Origin: Spirochaetia bacterium
GTDB lineage: Bacteria > Spirochaetota > Spirochaetia > SP-2023
NCBI GenBank assembly: GCA_965263295.1
Contig: OZ253665.1
Coordinates: 1,696,001-1,760,000, forward strand
Length of the DNA stretch: 64,000 nucleotides
Reading direction: 5' to 3'
The position numbers were made by a program, and so were the translations under genes. The notes under the pieces were generated by a model. That model saw only the letters and a program-made list of their open reading frames with translations. It did not search any database and was not told the origin of the DNA. Each line of letters opens with the position of its first letter. Positions within the stretch are counted from its first letter, which is position 1. Shown piece after piece: positions 40,239 through 50,785 of the stretch.

Positions 40239-41747
40239 ATGCCTCGCCCAACTGTAAACGCCCGCTACACTTGCTCCCCACGGATACTCTTCTGCTCCCT
40301 GCGAATCCTCCTCAGGCTGGGAACTATGTGCAGCTTGCTGCCCTGGCCCGTAGATTCAAGAGCTGTCCCACCGCCAATGTGGGGACAAAATATCCCTCAA
40401 GCTGTCTACGAAAATGGTTTTGCGCGCAAAATTCACGAAGCACCTAGCAAAGAAGGAACCTTAGTCATACAAATGCTGGTGCGCGGATTAAATGAACCAC
40501 AAAGTGCGATTTGGGTCCCCATGCGTTCGTTTCAAAAATTCTACAGCGACCCCTATGCCCGGTTTTCAGGCGGGGCCTGGCTAATCAGCGAACGCAAGGG
40601 CGGCATTTGGGTCTTGTACCAGGAAAACCTTTACCCCCTGCTGGATCTGCCGCCAAATGTAGAGCCGCGCGGCGAAGGCGGATACCTCGACCTCCTCTAC
40701 AACCCCTGGTCAGGGGGCGTTTTCCTGAGCTACGCCCGCCAACTCAGCCAGACGCTCAGCACCGTTTCCGTCCAAGCCTTTACTTTGAAATACAGCTCCA
40801 ATCAATTTCACGCCGTCGGCGTGACCGAAGTATTCCAAGCCCAACCGCCACTGCAGAAACCTGCTGGCTACGGCGGGGCCCTAGCCGCCAACCGGGAGTT
40901 TCTCTACATAGGGCTCGGAACCGGATCGCAACCTCAAGAGGCCCAAAACCTGCAAAGCCATTGGGGCAGCGTCAATAAAATTTCTTTGCATCAAGACCAG
41001 CAAGCTCTTCGCGAGGTGTTTCCCGGCTCCCGACACTACTTGAGTCCGGCTCTGGCCGAACAAGCATCGGCCACCAGCCAGATGGTCAGCATAGGGCACG
41101 CCGAGATATACGATCTGTTCTGGGACAATCACCGACACCAGCTTTGGAGTGTCGAGCAGCTGCGCCTACATAACGGCATTGTACTCGCCGACGAACTCAA
41201 CTTGTTCGGTGAAGGCCACAACTATGGTTGGGGCCTAGAACCAGCACCGCATGAAGTCAATACGGAATCGGGCCAAGCGTCAAGTCTCGGCCGCGATCAG
41301 GCGGCAATACTCAGCTGGACTCGGCCGCCAGGAGTCATCTCAAACCGATATCACCGCAAAATTGACAATAGTGCAAATACCATCGCAAATACTATGGCGT
41401 CGAATGCGAGGCCGGGCATGGGCGGTAGTGCCGGCTGGGGAGCTGTGCTTGTGCTGCCGCCACAGGCTTCGCGCAGCCCCAACCTATTTGCCGCTTGGGC
41501 CGGCGACTTAATTATTGCGGGCTTAGAGGGCCAGAGCCTCTATCGCATGCGGCGCAACCCTGACCCCACGCAGGAGTCAGGATTTCGCCTGGAGTTCCGC
41601 GAGCCAATGCTCAAAGGTCTCCTGGGCCCGATACGCTGGCTGGGTCTGGGACCAGATGGCGCCATTTATTTACTGACATACAGCCACGCGGCTAGCGGCA
41701 GCCGCATGTTGCGTTTAAGCCCTAAAAGTCGTATGTTTCCGCGCTAA
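40239..41747 (+). CDS. PQQ-dependent sugar dehydrogenase-like (GSDH beta-propeller) protein, divergent
   Basis: GLNEP, LISERKG, GEGGYLD, GGAL, AQNL.SHWG, DELN...G.NYGW, GPDGAIYL; start uncertain. Confidence 0.7.
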   Translation: MPRPTVNARYTCSPRILFCSLRILLRLGTMCSLLPWPVDSRAVPPPMWGQNIPQAVYENGFARKIHEAPSKEGTLVIQMLVRGLNEPQSAIWVPMRSFQKFYSDPYARFSGGAWLISERKGGIWVLYQENLYPLLDLPPNVEPRGEGGYLDLLYNPWSGGVFLSYARQLSQTLSTVSVQAFTLKYSSNQFHAVGVTEVFQAQPPLQKPAGYGGALAANREFLYIGLGTGSQPQEAQNLQSHWGSVNKISLHQDQQALREVFPGSRHYLSPALAEQASATSQMVSIGHAEIYDLFWDNHRHQLWSVEQLRLHNGIVLADELNLFGEGHNYGWGLEPAPHEVNTESGQASSLGRDQAAILSWTRPPGVISNRYHRKIDNSANTIANTMASNARPGMGGSAGWGAVLVLPPQASRSPNLFAAWAGDLIIAGLEGQSLYRMRRNPDPTQESGFRLEFREPMLKGLLGPIRWLGLGPDGAIYLLTYSHAASGSRMLRLSPKSRMFPR

Positions 41748-41784
41748 AGCCAGGGGTCTGGCCTTTTGAGAATAAGGAACTTCA

Positions 41785-42807
41785 ATGCCCAATACTAGTT
41801 ACAAGATATTTGCCTGTGATATGGATGGCACACTGCTCAACTCAGCCGGACAGGTCACGAAGGCGAGCCGGTCGGCCTTACATGACTTACATCAGCGTGG
41901 TTACTGGGTCGTACTGGTCTCTGGTCGTCACCCCAGTCTGATGTTGAGTTACTATCGCCAGCTTAAGCTCCAGGGCCCTCTAATCGGCTGTAACGGGGCG
42001 TTCATTTACCTCCCCGCTCCCGCCACTTGGGTTTCTTCCGCTGCTTCTCTTGTTCCCATGGCGTCGCAAGCCCCCCAAAAAATCAAGGCTGCGGTGGGGA
42101 CCCAAAACGAGCAGGAGCAGACTAGACGAGATGCGAAAACCATGCGGCAAGATTTTCAAGGCATGGCCGCAGAGCTTGTCTCCCAACTGATTGAACTAGC
42201 CCTGCCCTATTCGGTAGACATATTTCTGGACTGTGACTGCGGCATAGTTAAATACCGCGATCGCCACAACCTGCTGCGCGATTACTCTGTGGCAAAACCT
42301 TTTGCCATGTATGACACCAGCGCCTACCGACAGGGAAATTTTGCCGTGTGCAAAGTCGTCTATGCCGCCAAGGAATTTGGACGGCGGCACAACGGGCCCG
42401 GCCCGGCAGAGACGAGCCGCGGGCAACTAGAGGAACTACAACGCAAGGTATTGCAGCTAGGACAATATTATGGTGGCCTCAACGCAATTTTTCCGGACCA
42501 CTTGTTACTTGACATTATGACTAGCCAAGTCAACAAACTGCAAGGCATACAGCGGGCCTTACACAGCTTCAGTTTTTCAAGCGGCTCAAAAGGCGACTCT
42601 CGGCTAGATTGCCGCCTGATCGCCATTGGCGATGGTGAAAACGACCTAGCGATGCTACAGGGCGCAGACTATAGCATCGCGCATGAGTAATACATGGGCA
42701 ATGCTTCCCCAAAAGTACAGGCTGCGGCTTGCTATGTCACCGCTCATCACGACAAAGACGGCCTGGCTCAAGCCGTGACTCACCTTAAACAGCAAGGTTT
42801 ACTGTGA
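41785..42807 (+). pseudogene. Cof-type HAD-IIB hydrolase interrupted by an in-frame TAA
   Basis: DMDGTLL, SGR, NGA, K..G, GDGENDLAML; after TAA 42688-42690 the same frame continues MGNA..VQAAA.YVT..HDKDGLA to TGA 42807. Confidence 0.75.
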
Positions 42808-42860
42808 GCCCAGTAGTTTCAAGACCGCCAAACCATAGCGGGCGACTGTTTTTCTCGGCG

Positions 42861-44279
42861 TCAGTACGCCTGACCAATGGCTCTGGGAAAGGGGATCACG
42901 TCGCGAATATTCTTCATGCCCGTGACGTATTGGACCATGCGTTCAAAACCCAGGCCAAAGCCGCTGTGCGGCGTTCCGCCGAAGCGGCGCAGATCCAGAT
43001 ACCACTGATAACGATCCAGCTCCATGCCATCAGACAACATGCGGGCCTTTAACTTGTCGTAATCGTCCTCACGCTGCGAACCACCTATAATTTCCCCCAG
43101 GCGGGGAACCAAGACATCCATGCCGCGCACTGTCCGGCCATCGGCGTTTTGCTTCATGTAAAAAGCCTTACCCGCCGCGGGATAATCATAGACAATCACG
43201 GGTTGTTTAAAATGTTCCTCGGTCAACCAACGTTCGTGTTCGGTCTGCAATCCATCTTCCCAAACTGGGCGGTACTCAAATTTACGGCCTGCGGCGCTAG
43301 CCGCTTTGAGCAATTGAATGGCCTCGGTATAACTGACACGCACAAACTCCTGACTGCGTATCAGCCCATTTAACGAGCTGAGTAACTCCGCCTCAATCCA
43401 CTTGTCCAGCAACTCCAGTTCCTCGGCACAATCGGCTAGAACGCCAGCCACCAGGTGACGGATAAAAGCTTCGGCCAGCCCCATCAAAGCGTCCAGCTCC
43501 ATAAAAGCCACCTCCGGCTCAATCATCCAGAATTCGGCCAGATGGCGTGCCGTATTGGATTCTTCGGCGCGGAAAGTCGGGCCAAAAGTGTATATGCGCG
43601 AATGGGAGTGGGCATATACCTCGCCCTCCAACTGCCCAGAGACGCTCAGATAGGCCTCCTGGCCGAAAAAGTGCCCGCGCCTTTTACCCTCTGTTTCCTT
43701 TAAGTAGGCTGTGGATTCCACCTGAAACAGTTCCCCGGCACCCTCGGCGTCGGAGACGGTAATAATTGGGGTGTGCACATAATAAAAACCGTGCTGCTGG
43801 AAAAACTCATGCACCAAGATGCTCAGGCGGTTGCGCACCCGCATCACCGCGCCAATACTGTTGCTACGGCTGCGAAGATGACTGATTTCTCGCAGAAACT
43901 CAAAACTGTGGCGCTTTTTTTGTAGCGGGTACTCCCCCTGGGGGGCCACGCCCAGGAGCTCAACACTCTGGGCCCTGATTTCCACGGCCTGCCCCTGGCC
44001 CTCGCTGGCAACGAGCATGCCGCGCACGCGCACGGACGCCCCGTTGTCCACTTGCTCAAAGTCGTCGCAAACGCTGCGGCAATCGTTATCCACCACGACC
44101 TGAATACCACTGACACAAGAACCGTCGTTTAAATTCAGGAAACAAATGTTTTTAGAGTCGCGCCGGCTGCGCACCCAGGCGCAGAGCTCAATATCTTTTG
44201 CGAGCTTCCCACCGGGATTTTCGCTGGCGAGTAACTCTTTCACGTTTGGGGCCAGGGTAAAGGTAAACAGCGGACTCAT
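42861..44279 (-). CDS. asnS: Asparagine--tRNA ligase
   Basis: WVRSRR, LNDGS, YPLQKK, YLSVSGQLE, PTFRAE.SNT.RHLAEFWMIEPE, PHSGFGLGFER; start approximate. Confidence 0.95.
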   Translation of the reverse strand: MSPLFTFTLAPNVKELLASENPGGKLAKDIELCAWVRSRRDSKNICFLNLNDGSCVSGIQVVVDNDCRSVCDDFEQVDNGASVRVRGMLVASEGQGQAVEIRAQSVELLGVAPQGEYPLQKKRHSFEFLREISHLRSRSNSIGAVMRVRNRLSILVHEFFQQHGFYYVHTPIITVSDAEGAGELFQVESTAYLKETEGKRRGHFFGQEAYLSVSGQLEGEVYAHSHSRIYTFGPTFRAEESNTARHLAEFWMIEPEVAFMELDALMGLAEAFIRHLVAGVLADCAEELELLDKWIEAELLSSLNGLIRSQEFVRVSYTEAIQLLKAASAAGRKFEYRPVWEDGLQTEHERWLTEEHFKQPVIVYDYPAAGKAFYMKQNADGRTVRGMDVLVPRLGEIIGGSQREDDYDKLKARMLSDGMELDRYQWYLDLRRFGGTPHSGFGLGFERMVQYVTGMKNIRDVIPFPRAIGQAY

Positions 44280-44527
44280 GAGCATATCCTTTGCAATCAG
44301 AAATTTCGGCCGCGATTGTAGCAAAGTGTGCGGGCTTTGTCAGGCCGGGCTGCCACTTGGTTTTATCGTTGGGATAGATTTTTTCCAGCTTAACGATCAA
44401 TTAAGCAATTATTACAATTTTAATCAATATTTTGCATTATAATATAAATTATTTAATTCTATTATAGATAATTTTCTTGATATATGAGTGTATAATATGT
44501 TAGAATAATTATAAGGAGATTATATTC

Positions 44528-45454
44528 ATGAAAAATTTTTACTTTTACTTATTATCATTTTTAATTTTATACTCTTGTAATCAAAATAAATCTTCAATTG
44601 ATAATGGAAATTCAGCAAATAAAATTGTAATTGGAATGTCATTCCAAGAGATGAATAATCCATATTTCGTCGTCATGCTTGAAGCATTTGAAACTGCGGT
44701 AGCTTCCGTAGGAGGTGTTGCACATACCGCTGACGCACAGCATGACGTTACAAAACAAATTAATGATATTGAAGACATGGTGCAAAAGGGAATAGATATT
44801 TTGATTGTCAATCCTACGGACACAGAAGGGGTTAAGACGGCCGTCGAGACAGCTAAAGCTGCCGGGGTAATTGTCGTCGCTGTCGACGCCCAAGCCGCAG
44901 GTGTCAATGTATTTGTCGGTTCGCGCAACTATGATGCCGGCGTGCAAGCCGGTGAGGCTTTAGCCCAGGCCATAGCGGGCAGCGGAGAGGTCGCAATACT
45001 AGATGGCATACCGGTAGTGCCGATCTTGGAACGCGTGCGGGGATTCAAAGATGCGATAGCCAAATACCCCGACATTCAGATTGTGAATACTCAGAATGGC
45101 AAGCAGGCACGCGACGTGGCAATGACCGTGACAGAAAACATATTGCAGGCTGCCCCAGAGTTAAAAGGCATATTTTCTGTAAACGACGAGGGTTCCTTGG
45201 GGGCATTGGCCGCTATTGAAGCTTCTGGCCGCGATGTCAAGCTGACCAGCGTAGATGGAGCGCCTGAAGCAGTCAAAGCGATAGCTAAAGGTGGGGCCTT
45301 TGTCGCCACTTCAGCGCAATTCCCACGCGATATGATTCGCATTGGCTTGGGAATGGCCTTGGCCCAATATTGGGGAGCCAGGGTCGTGCCTGAGACAATT
45401 CCGTTGGATGTTAAGCTCATTGATAAAACCGCAGCCACAACATTTAGCTGGTAG
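44528..45454 (+). CDS. Sugar/polyol ABC transporter substrate-binding lipoprotein (RbsB-like)
   Basis: Lipobox LILYSC; NNPYF, DILIVNP, VDA, ERVRGF, SVND, VDG; AGGAG RBS. Confidence 0.9.
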   Translation: MKNFYFYLLSFLILYSCNQNKSSIDNGNSANKIVIGMSFQEMNNPYFVVMLEAFETAVASVGGVAHTADAQHDVTKQINDIEDMVQKGIDILIVNPTDTEGVKTAVETAKAAGVIVVAVDAQAAGVNVFVGSRNYDAGVQAGEALAQAIAGSGEVAILDGIPVVPILERVRGFKDAIAKYPDIQIVNTQNGKQARDVAMTVTENILQAAPELKGIFSVNDEGSLGALAAIEASGRDVKLTSVDGAPEAVKAIAKGGAFVATSAQFPRDMIRIGLGMALAQYWGARVVPETIPLDVKLIDKTAATTFSW

Positions 45455-45482
45455 ATTTACCGCAAACGAGAGATTTCTTTGT

Positions 45483-46937
45483 ATGGAGCCAGTAATTGAA
45501 TTGCGCAAGATCACCAAAAGTTTTTTTGACGTCAAGGTGCTGCACAATGTCGACTTGGCCGTTGGAAGAGGCGAAATACACGCTTTGCTAGGCGAAAATG
45601 GCGCCGGGAAATCGACACTGATGAAAATTCTTTCCGGCCTCTATCCGGCATCTTCAGGCAAGATAATCAAGGATGGAGAACCGGTCACCTTGACCTCGGT
45701 CCGGGACGCCCATAAACATGGTATCAATACCATATTTCAGGAACTCAGTCTCATAAGCAATATGAATACATGGCAAAATATTTTTTTAGGTCGGGAAAAG
45801 TTTTCAAAATATCATCTTGATAAAAGATATATGCGGAAAAAAGCGCGCAGCATATTGCTCTCGCTCGAAATTGATCTGGATATTGACTTGCCTGTCTGCA
45901 ATTTAAGTATTGCGAACAGGCAGTTTGTCGAGATTGCAAAGGCCCTGCTTGAGGATTCCGATGTATTAATTCTGGACGAGCCGACTTCCACATTGACTCC
46001 CAATGAAGTGGAACATTTGTTCAACGTAATGCGCAGACTGAGGGACCGTGGTGTCGCCATGATATTTATCAGTCACCACCTAGATGAGTTATTTGAGATC
46101 TGCCAGAGGGTGACAATATTGCGAGACGGAAATTGCGTTGGCGTTTACCAGTTGGCCGAATTGAATCAAAAACAGCTGATATCTCTGATGGTTGGACGTG
46201 AAAACACGACAAATTATCCGAATAAACGGGAAATTCCGAAAAATCCACAAGATCTTTTCAGAGTAGGCCCCGAGCCGGCAAGGCAGAGCGGATTTCAGGT
46301 TAGGCGAGGCGAGATACTGGGGGTCTTTGGTCTCGTAGGTGCCGGGCGCACCGAATTAATGTTGAAAATCTTGGGCCTGCGGGGAAAATATGGCGGCACA
46401 ATTGACTTCAAGGGCAAGCCTGTCGGCTTGAGAGACTCCGTGAAGGCTTTAAAATTGGGCATAGGACTCTTGCCTGAAGATCGAAAGTTCGCGGGCTTAA
46501 TGCTTAATACGTCAGTCTTTTACAATACAATCATCAACAATATACAGGGCTTCTTTTTTCGCAGAAATAGGGAAAGAACCAAGGCCATCCAGTCAACGCG
46601 CAAAATACATGTCAAATCGGCCGGCATCGACCAGGAAGTCAAGTATTTAAGTGGGGGCAATCAGCAGAAAGTCATAATTGCCCGATGCTTATGCGCCAAT
46701 TGTGAGCTCTTGATTTTCGATGAACCGACACGTGGGATTGATGTGGGGGCAAAGCATGAGATTTATAACTTGATGGATCAGTTTGTCCGAGAAGGAAACG
46801 CGATAATCATGATTTCATCTGAGATGAATGAATTGGTTGGGATGAGCGATCGTATTATTGTAATGAAAAATGATGAGATTACGGCCACGCTCAATTCTGA
46901 CTTTGAACCCAAGCAAATTTTGGCAAATGCAATATGA
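45483..46937 (+). CDS. Sugar ABC transporter ATP-binding protein (two ABC domains)
   Basis: GENGAGKSTL, LDEPT, PEDRK, LSGGNQQK, DEPTRGIDVGAK; start at ATG 45483. Confidence 0.93.
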   Translation: MEPVIELRKITKSFFDVKVLHNVDLAVGRGEIHALLGENGAGKSTLMKILSGLYPASSGKIIKDGEPVTLTSVRDAHKHGINTIFQELSLISNMNTWQNIFLGREKFSKYHLDKRYMRKKARSILLSLEIDLDIDLPVCNLSIANRQFVEIAKALLEDSDVLILDEPTSTLTPNEVEHLFNVMRRLRDRGVAMIFISHHLDELFEICQRVTILRDGNCVGVYQLAELNQKQLISLMVGRENTTNYPNKREIPKNPQDLFRVGPEPARQSGFQVRRGEILGVFGLVGAGRTELMLKILGLRGKYGGTIDFKGKPVGLRDSVKALKLGIGLLPEDRKFAGLMLNTSVFYNTIINNIQGFFFRRNRERTKAIQSTRKIHVKSAGIDQEVKYLSGGNQQKVIIARCLCANCELLIFDEPTRGIDVGAKHEIYNLMDQFVREGNAIIMISSEMNELVGMSDRIIVMKNDEITATLNSDFEPKQILANAI

Positions 46938-46949
46938 GGTTCATATAAT

Positions 46950-47873
46950 ATGTTTAGCAGAATTCTCAAGAACAGTTATATTTTGCCACTATTAGCATTG
47001 TTAATGATTTTTTTAGTATTGTCATTCTTATCAGAGCACTTCCTGGATTTCAAGAATTTAAATGCCGTTCTGCGTCAGTCATCAATTTATGCGTTATTGG
47101 CCTTCGGCATGACTATCGTGATATTGACGGGCGGCATTGATCTCTCGGTGGGGGCTGTCTCCGCCTTGATTGGAACGCTTTTCGCGGGAATGGTCGCGAG
47201 CTCAATGCCGCCGGGAATGGCCGCGGTTATCGCACTTGGTTTAGCGGCAATAATAGGATTATGCAATGGTTTAATCGTCACCCAATTACAGCTGCCATCC
47301 ATTGTTGTCACGCTGGCCATGATGTTGATTGCGCGGGGAATAGCCTTGGTTTATACCGGGGGCTATCCCATATCTGGTTTGCCGGATTCTTTTAGAATGA
47401 TTGGGACAAAAGGCTTCCCTTTTTTGATTGCCATCACAACATTTATGCTGTTTTGGTACTTTTTGACACAAACGCGGGCAGGTAAGTATCTGTATGCAAT
47501 TGGGGATAATGAAACAGCTGTCTTGTATTCGGGCATAAATATAAACAAATATAAGCGATTGGCCTATATCTTGTGCTCATTGTGTGCTGGTATTGGGGGA
47601 ATTGTCTTGGCATCGCGCACGGGTAGTGGCCAGCCAAATTCGGCAAATGGTTTTGAACTCACTGCCATTGCCGCAGTTGTTCTGGGGGGTACCTTAATTA
47701 CTGGCGGCAAGGGAAGTCTGCTGGGGACTCTAATCGGGGCCTTGACGCTCGGTTTTATCAATAATGGGCTGAATCTTTTAGGTATTAATCCGTTTGCCCA
47801 ACAAATAGTTAAAGGGGTGATCATACTCCTGGCCATATCTGCAAGTGCTTTAAGGACAAAAATAAAATATTAG
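46950..47873 (+). CDS. Sugar ABC transporter permease (RbsC-like)
   Basis: GGIDLSVG, ELTAIAAVVLGGT..GG.G. Confidence 0.93.
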   Translation: MFSRILKNSYILPLLALLMIFLVLSFLSEHFLDFKNLNAVLRQSSIYALLAFGMTIVILTGGIDLSVGAVSALIGTLFAGMVASSMPPGMAAVIALGLAAIIGLCNGLIVTQLQLPSIVVTLAMMLIARGIALVYTGGYPISGLPDSFRMIGTKGFPFLIAITTFMLFWYFLTQTRAGKYLYAIGDNETAVLYSGININKYKRLAYILCSLCAGIGGIVLASRTGSGQPNSANGFELTAIAAVVLGGTLITGGKGSLLGTLIGALTLGFINNGLNLLGINPFAQQIVKGVIILLAISASALRTKIKY

Positions 47874-47886
47874 AGGAGACTTGATC

Positions 47887-48978
47887 ATGAAGGATATTCC
47901 CCAAAAAATACTGGCTATTGTCAATCACGGACCGAATGATTACCGGCTAGAGACGCTACCTTGTCCGCGACCCCAAGCCAGGGAACTATTAGTAAAAGTA
48001 GAAGCTTGCGGTATTTGTGGTTCTGATGGTAAATGCATGCACGGTGCGGCCATGTATTGGAGCGGAGAAAACCCAGGAGCTGATTCCTGGGTTAAGACTC
48101 CTGTGATCCCTGGGCATGAGTTTGTCGGTCATGTAGCCGCGGCGGGAGCTGGGGCAGAAGAACACTTCGGCGTAAAGGTGGGAGATCGGGTTACCGCGGA
48201 GCAGATCATTCCCTGCGGGAAATGTATGTTCTGTAAATCTGGTCGATATTGGATGTGCGAACAGCACGACATATTCGGTTTTCAAGGGGGGCGCTCCGAT
48301 GGTGCCATGGCCGAATACATGATCTTTAATCAAGATTGTATCGTTCACAAGGTGCCGGCGGAATTGACGTTAGAAGATGCCGCTTTTATTGAGCCCTTGG
48401 CTTGCGGGATTCATGCGGTGGAGCGAGCCCAAGTCTTCTTGCGCGACGTTGTCGTGGTGGCCGGTGCGGGGCCTATCGGTTTGGGTATTATCCAGACTCT
48501 GGCATTACAGAACCCCAAAGAGTTGATTGTTCTAGATCTGGATAATAAGCGTCTAGAACTATGTCGCCAGTTCGGGGCCTCAATCACTCTGAACCCCAAA
48601 GACGTCGATGTGGTCGGAAAAGTAAAAGAGCTTACCGGCGGCTACGGGTGCGATATTTACATCGAAGCCTCTGGGCATCCTGCCGGTGTCCGGCAGGGAC
48701 TGGAGATGATCCGTCGTCTGGGGCGCTTTGTCGAGATGAGTGTATTTGGCGAGGATGTCAAAACCGACTGGTCGGTGATCGGCGACCGCAAGGAACTCGA
48801 TATCTTGGGGACCCATTTAGGTCCATACTGTTACCCGATCGCCATTGACCTTCTGCGCAAAGGGAAAATCTCGGCTCGTGATATTGTGACGCATAAATTT
48901 GCCCTCAAAGACTTTGCCGAGGCGATGGAAATGGCTTCACAGCCAGATAAGAGCATTAAAGTATTACTTTTGCCGTAA
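47887..48978 (+). CDS. Zn-dependent polyol dehydrogenase, resembling erythritol/L-threitol dehydrogenase EltD
   Basis: HGP.DYRLE, GICGSD.KC.HGA..W, PGHEF, CGKCMFC...C, GAGPIG, DWSVIGDRKELD. Confidence 0.8.
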   Translation: MKDIPQKILAIVNHGPNDYRLETLPCPRPQARELLVKVEACGICGSDGKCMHGAAMYWSGENPGADSWVKTPVIPGHEFVGHVAAAGAGAEEHFGVKVGDRVTAEQIIPCGKCMFCKSGRYWMCEQHDIFGFQGGRSDGAMAEYMIFNQDCIVHKVPAELTLEDAAFIEPLACGIHAVERAQVFLRDVVVVAGAGPIGLGIIQTLALQNPKELIVLDLDNKRLELCRQFGASITLNPKDVDVVGKVKELTGGYGCDIYIEASGHPAGVRQGLEMIRRLGRFVEMSVFGEDVKTDWSVIGDRKELDILGTHLGPYCYPIAIDLLRKGKISARDIVTHKFALKDFAEAMEMASQPDKSIKVLLLP

Positions 48979-49035
48979 GGCCGTTCCACAGTTTTTCAGT
49001 GGCTACGTTGCGCCAGCCATAATTAAGGAGCCCGT

Positions 49036-50712
49036 ATGCAAGCAGAGGGGCCGACCCAATGCGGCCAAAACTATTTGGGAATTGAGCTGGGTTCGACACG
49101 CATTAAAGCGGTATTGATTGACTCGACGGGCAAGGTGCTGGCCGCGGGAGGGCACCGTTGGCAAAGTAGCCTGCAGGGCGGCACATGGACCTACCCCCTG
49201 GCGCAAGTTCACGGCGGCCTGCAGGCCGCCTATGCCGAGCTGAAGCAAAACTTCCACCAGAATTATGCTGCGACCCTGCGGCGAATCAGTGTCGTGGGCG
49301 TGAGTGCCATGATGCACGGTTATTTGGCCTTTGACGCCCAGGAGCGCCAACTGGTCGAATTCCGCACTTGGCGCAATACGACGACCAGTCGAGCCGCCGC
49401 GCGGCTCAGTGAGTTGTTTGAGTGCAATATCCCGCAGCGCTGGAGCATCGCCCACTTGTATCAGGCGATATTAAACGGTGAACCCCACGTTGCCGAACTG
49501 GCCCACATAACGACATTGGCCGGTTACATCCACTGGCAGCTGACAGGTGAAAGGAATTTGGGAATTGGCGATGCCTCAGGCATGTTCCCCGTTGGTGGAG
49601 ACGACTGGGACACCAGCATGCTCAAGCAATTTGACGAGTTGCTCCATGGAGTCGATGGGAGCCATGGGGGTCATGGGGGCCATGGGGGCCAATCGACACA
49701 GGGGACCCAATCGACCCAGGGGACACAGGGGACACAAGGGCGCGAGTTCCCGTGGAAGCTCAGGGATCTGCTGCCGCAAGTAAAGCTTGCCGGTCAAGAA
49801 GCCGGCCGGCTCACACAGCGCGGGGCCCTCATGCTCGACCCCGCTGGCGATCTGCAGCCGGGCGCCTTGCTTTGCCCCGCCGAAGGTGACGCCGCGACAG
49901 GAATGGTGGCGACGAATTCGGTGGCCGCGCGCACGGGCAACGTTTCGGCGGGGACCTCAATATTTGCCATGTTGGTACTGGAAAAAAAACTTTCCCAAAT
50001 TCGCCGTGAGGTTGACTTGGTGTCGACACCACAAGGCCTACCGGTCGCCATGGTCCATTGCAACAACGGTTGTAGCGATATCGATGCCTGGATCGGGCTC
50101 TTCGGCGAGGCCGCCGAGCTCATGGGGGCCCGCTTTGACGTCGACAAGCTGTTTCAGGCCATGTATCGCAAGGCGCTGGAAGGCAAACCCGATTGCGCCG
50201 GTTTTTTGCACTATGGCTATGTCGCCGGAGAAGACATGGTCGAGCTTCTTGAGGGGCGGCCACTATTCGTACGGCATGCAGGCAGCCCGCTGAATTTGGC
50301 CGACTTCATGCGCAGCCAAATCTATGCTTCGCTATGTGCCTTACGCATCGGCCTCGACATTCTGATGAAAGACGAGGGTGTGCGGGTAGACGACATTCGC
50401 GGACACGGCGGTTTTTTTAAGACGGCAGTGGTGGGTCAACGGATGATGGCGGCGGCGACAGGAATCCCTGTCACGGTAATCGAAAGCGCGGGCGAAGGCG
50501 GAGCCTGGGGTATGGCATTGTTGGCCTACTTTGCGGCGCAGACGAACAAATCTAGCCTGCCGGAATTCCTGCAGGGCATCTTTGCGGGGCGCATGGGCGT
50601 GCCACTGCCGCCCGATCCTGCAGATGCCGCAGGTTTCGAACAATATTTGGCCCGTTTCTGCCAGGGGCTGGAAATTGAGCGGAGCGCAGTGGGGCAGCCA
50701 GTAGAGAAATAA
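49036..50712 (+). CDS. FGGY-family ketose kinase (xylulokinase/L-ribulokinase-like)
   Basis: LGIELGSTRIKAVL, SAMMHGY, FRTWRN, NIPQRWS, EGDA.TGMVATN, GNVSAGTS, GHGGFFK. Confidence 0.88.
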   Translation: MQAEGPTQCGQNYLGIELGSTRIKAVLIDSTGKVLAAGGHRWQSSLQGGTWTYPLAQVHGGLQAAYAELKQNFHQNYAATLRRISVVGVSAMMHGYLAFDAQERQLVEFRTWRNTTTSRAAARLSELFECNIPQRWSIAHLYQAILNGEPHVAELAHITTLAGYIHWQLTGERNLGIGDASGMFPVGGDDWDTSMLKQFDELLHGVDGSHGGHGGHGGQSTQGTQSTQGTQGTQGREFPWKLRDLLPQVKLAGQEAGRLTQRGALMLDPAGDLQPGALLCPAEGDAATGMVATNSVAARTGNVSAGTSIFAMLVLEKKLSQIRREVDLVSTPQGLPVAMVHCNNGCSDIDAWIGLFGEAAELMGARFDVDKLFQAMYRKALEGKPDCAGFLHYGYVAGEDMVELLEGRPLFVRHAGSPLNLADFMRSQIYASLCALRIGLDILMKDEGVRVDDIRGHGGFFKTAVVGQRMMAAATGIPVTVIESAGEGGAWGMALLAYFAAQTNKSSLPEFLQGIFAGRMGVPLPPDPADAAGFEQYLARFCQGLEIERSAVGQPVEK

Positions 50713-50746
50713 TTTAATAAAATAAATAAATTATTTCTCTACTGGC
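50697..50746. terminator. 20-bp perfect inverted repeat between convergent kinase and tal; likely terminator
   Basis: GCCAGTAGAGAAATAATTTA-10nt-TAAATTATTTCTCTACTGGC. Confidence 0.65.
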
Positions 50747-50785
50747 AGGGGAAGGCCCTTTTAAAATCTATACAGTGACTATGAT

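Noticed and set aside
42688..42690. Selenocysteine/pyrrolysine readthrough in the Cof gene
   Set aside because: The stop is TAA and sits in an insert that is absent from the family motif
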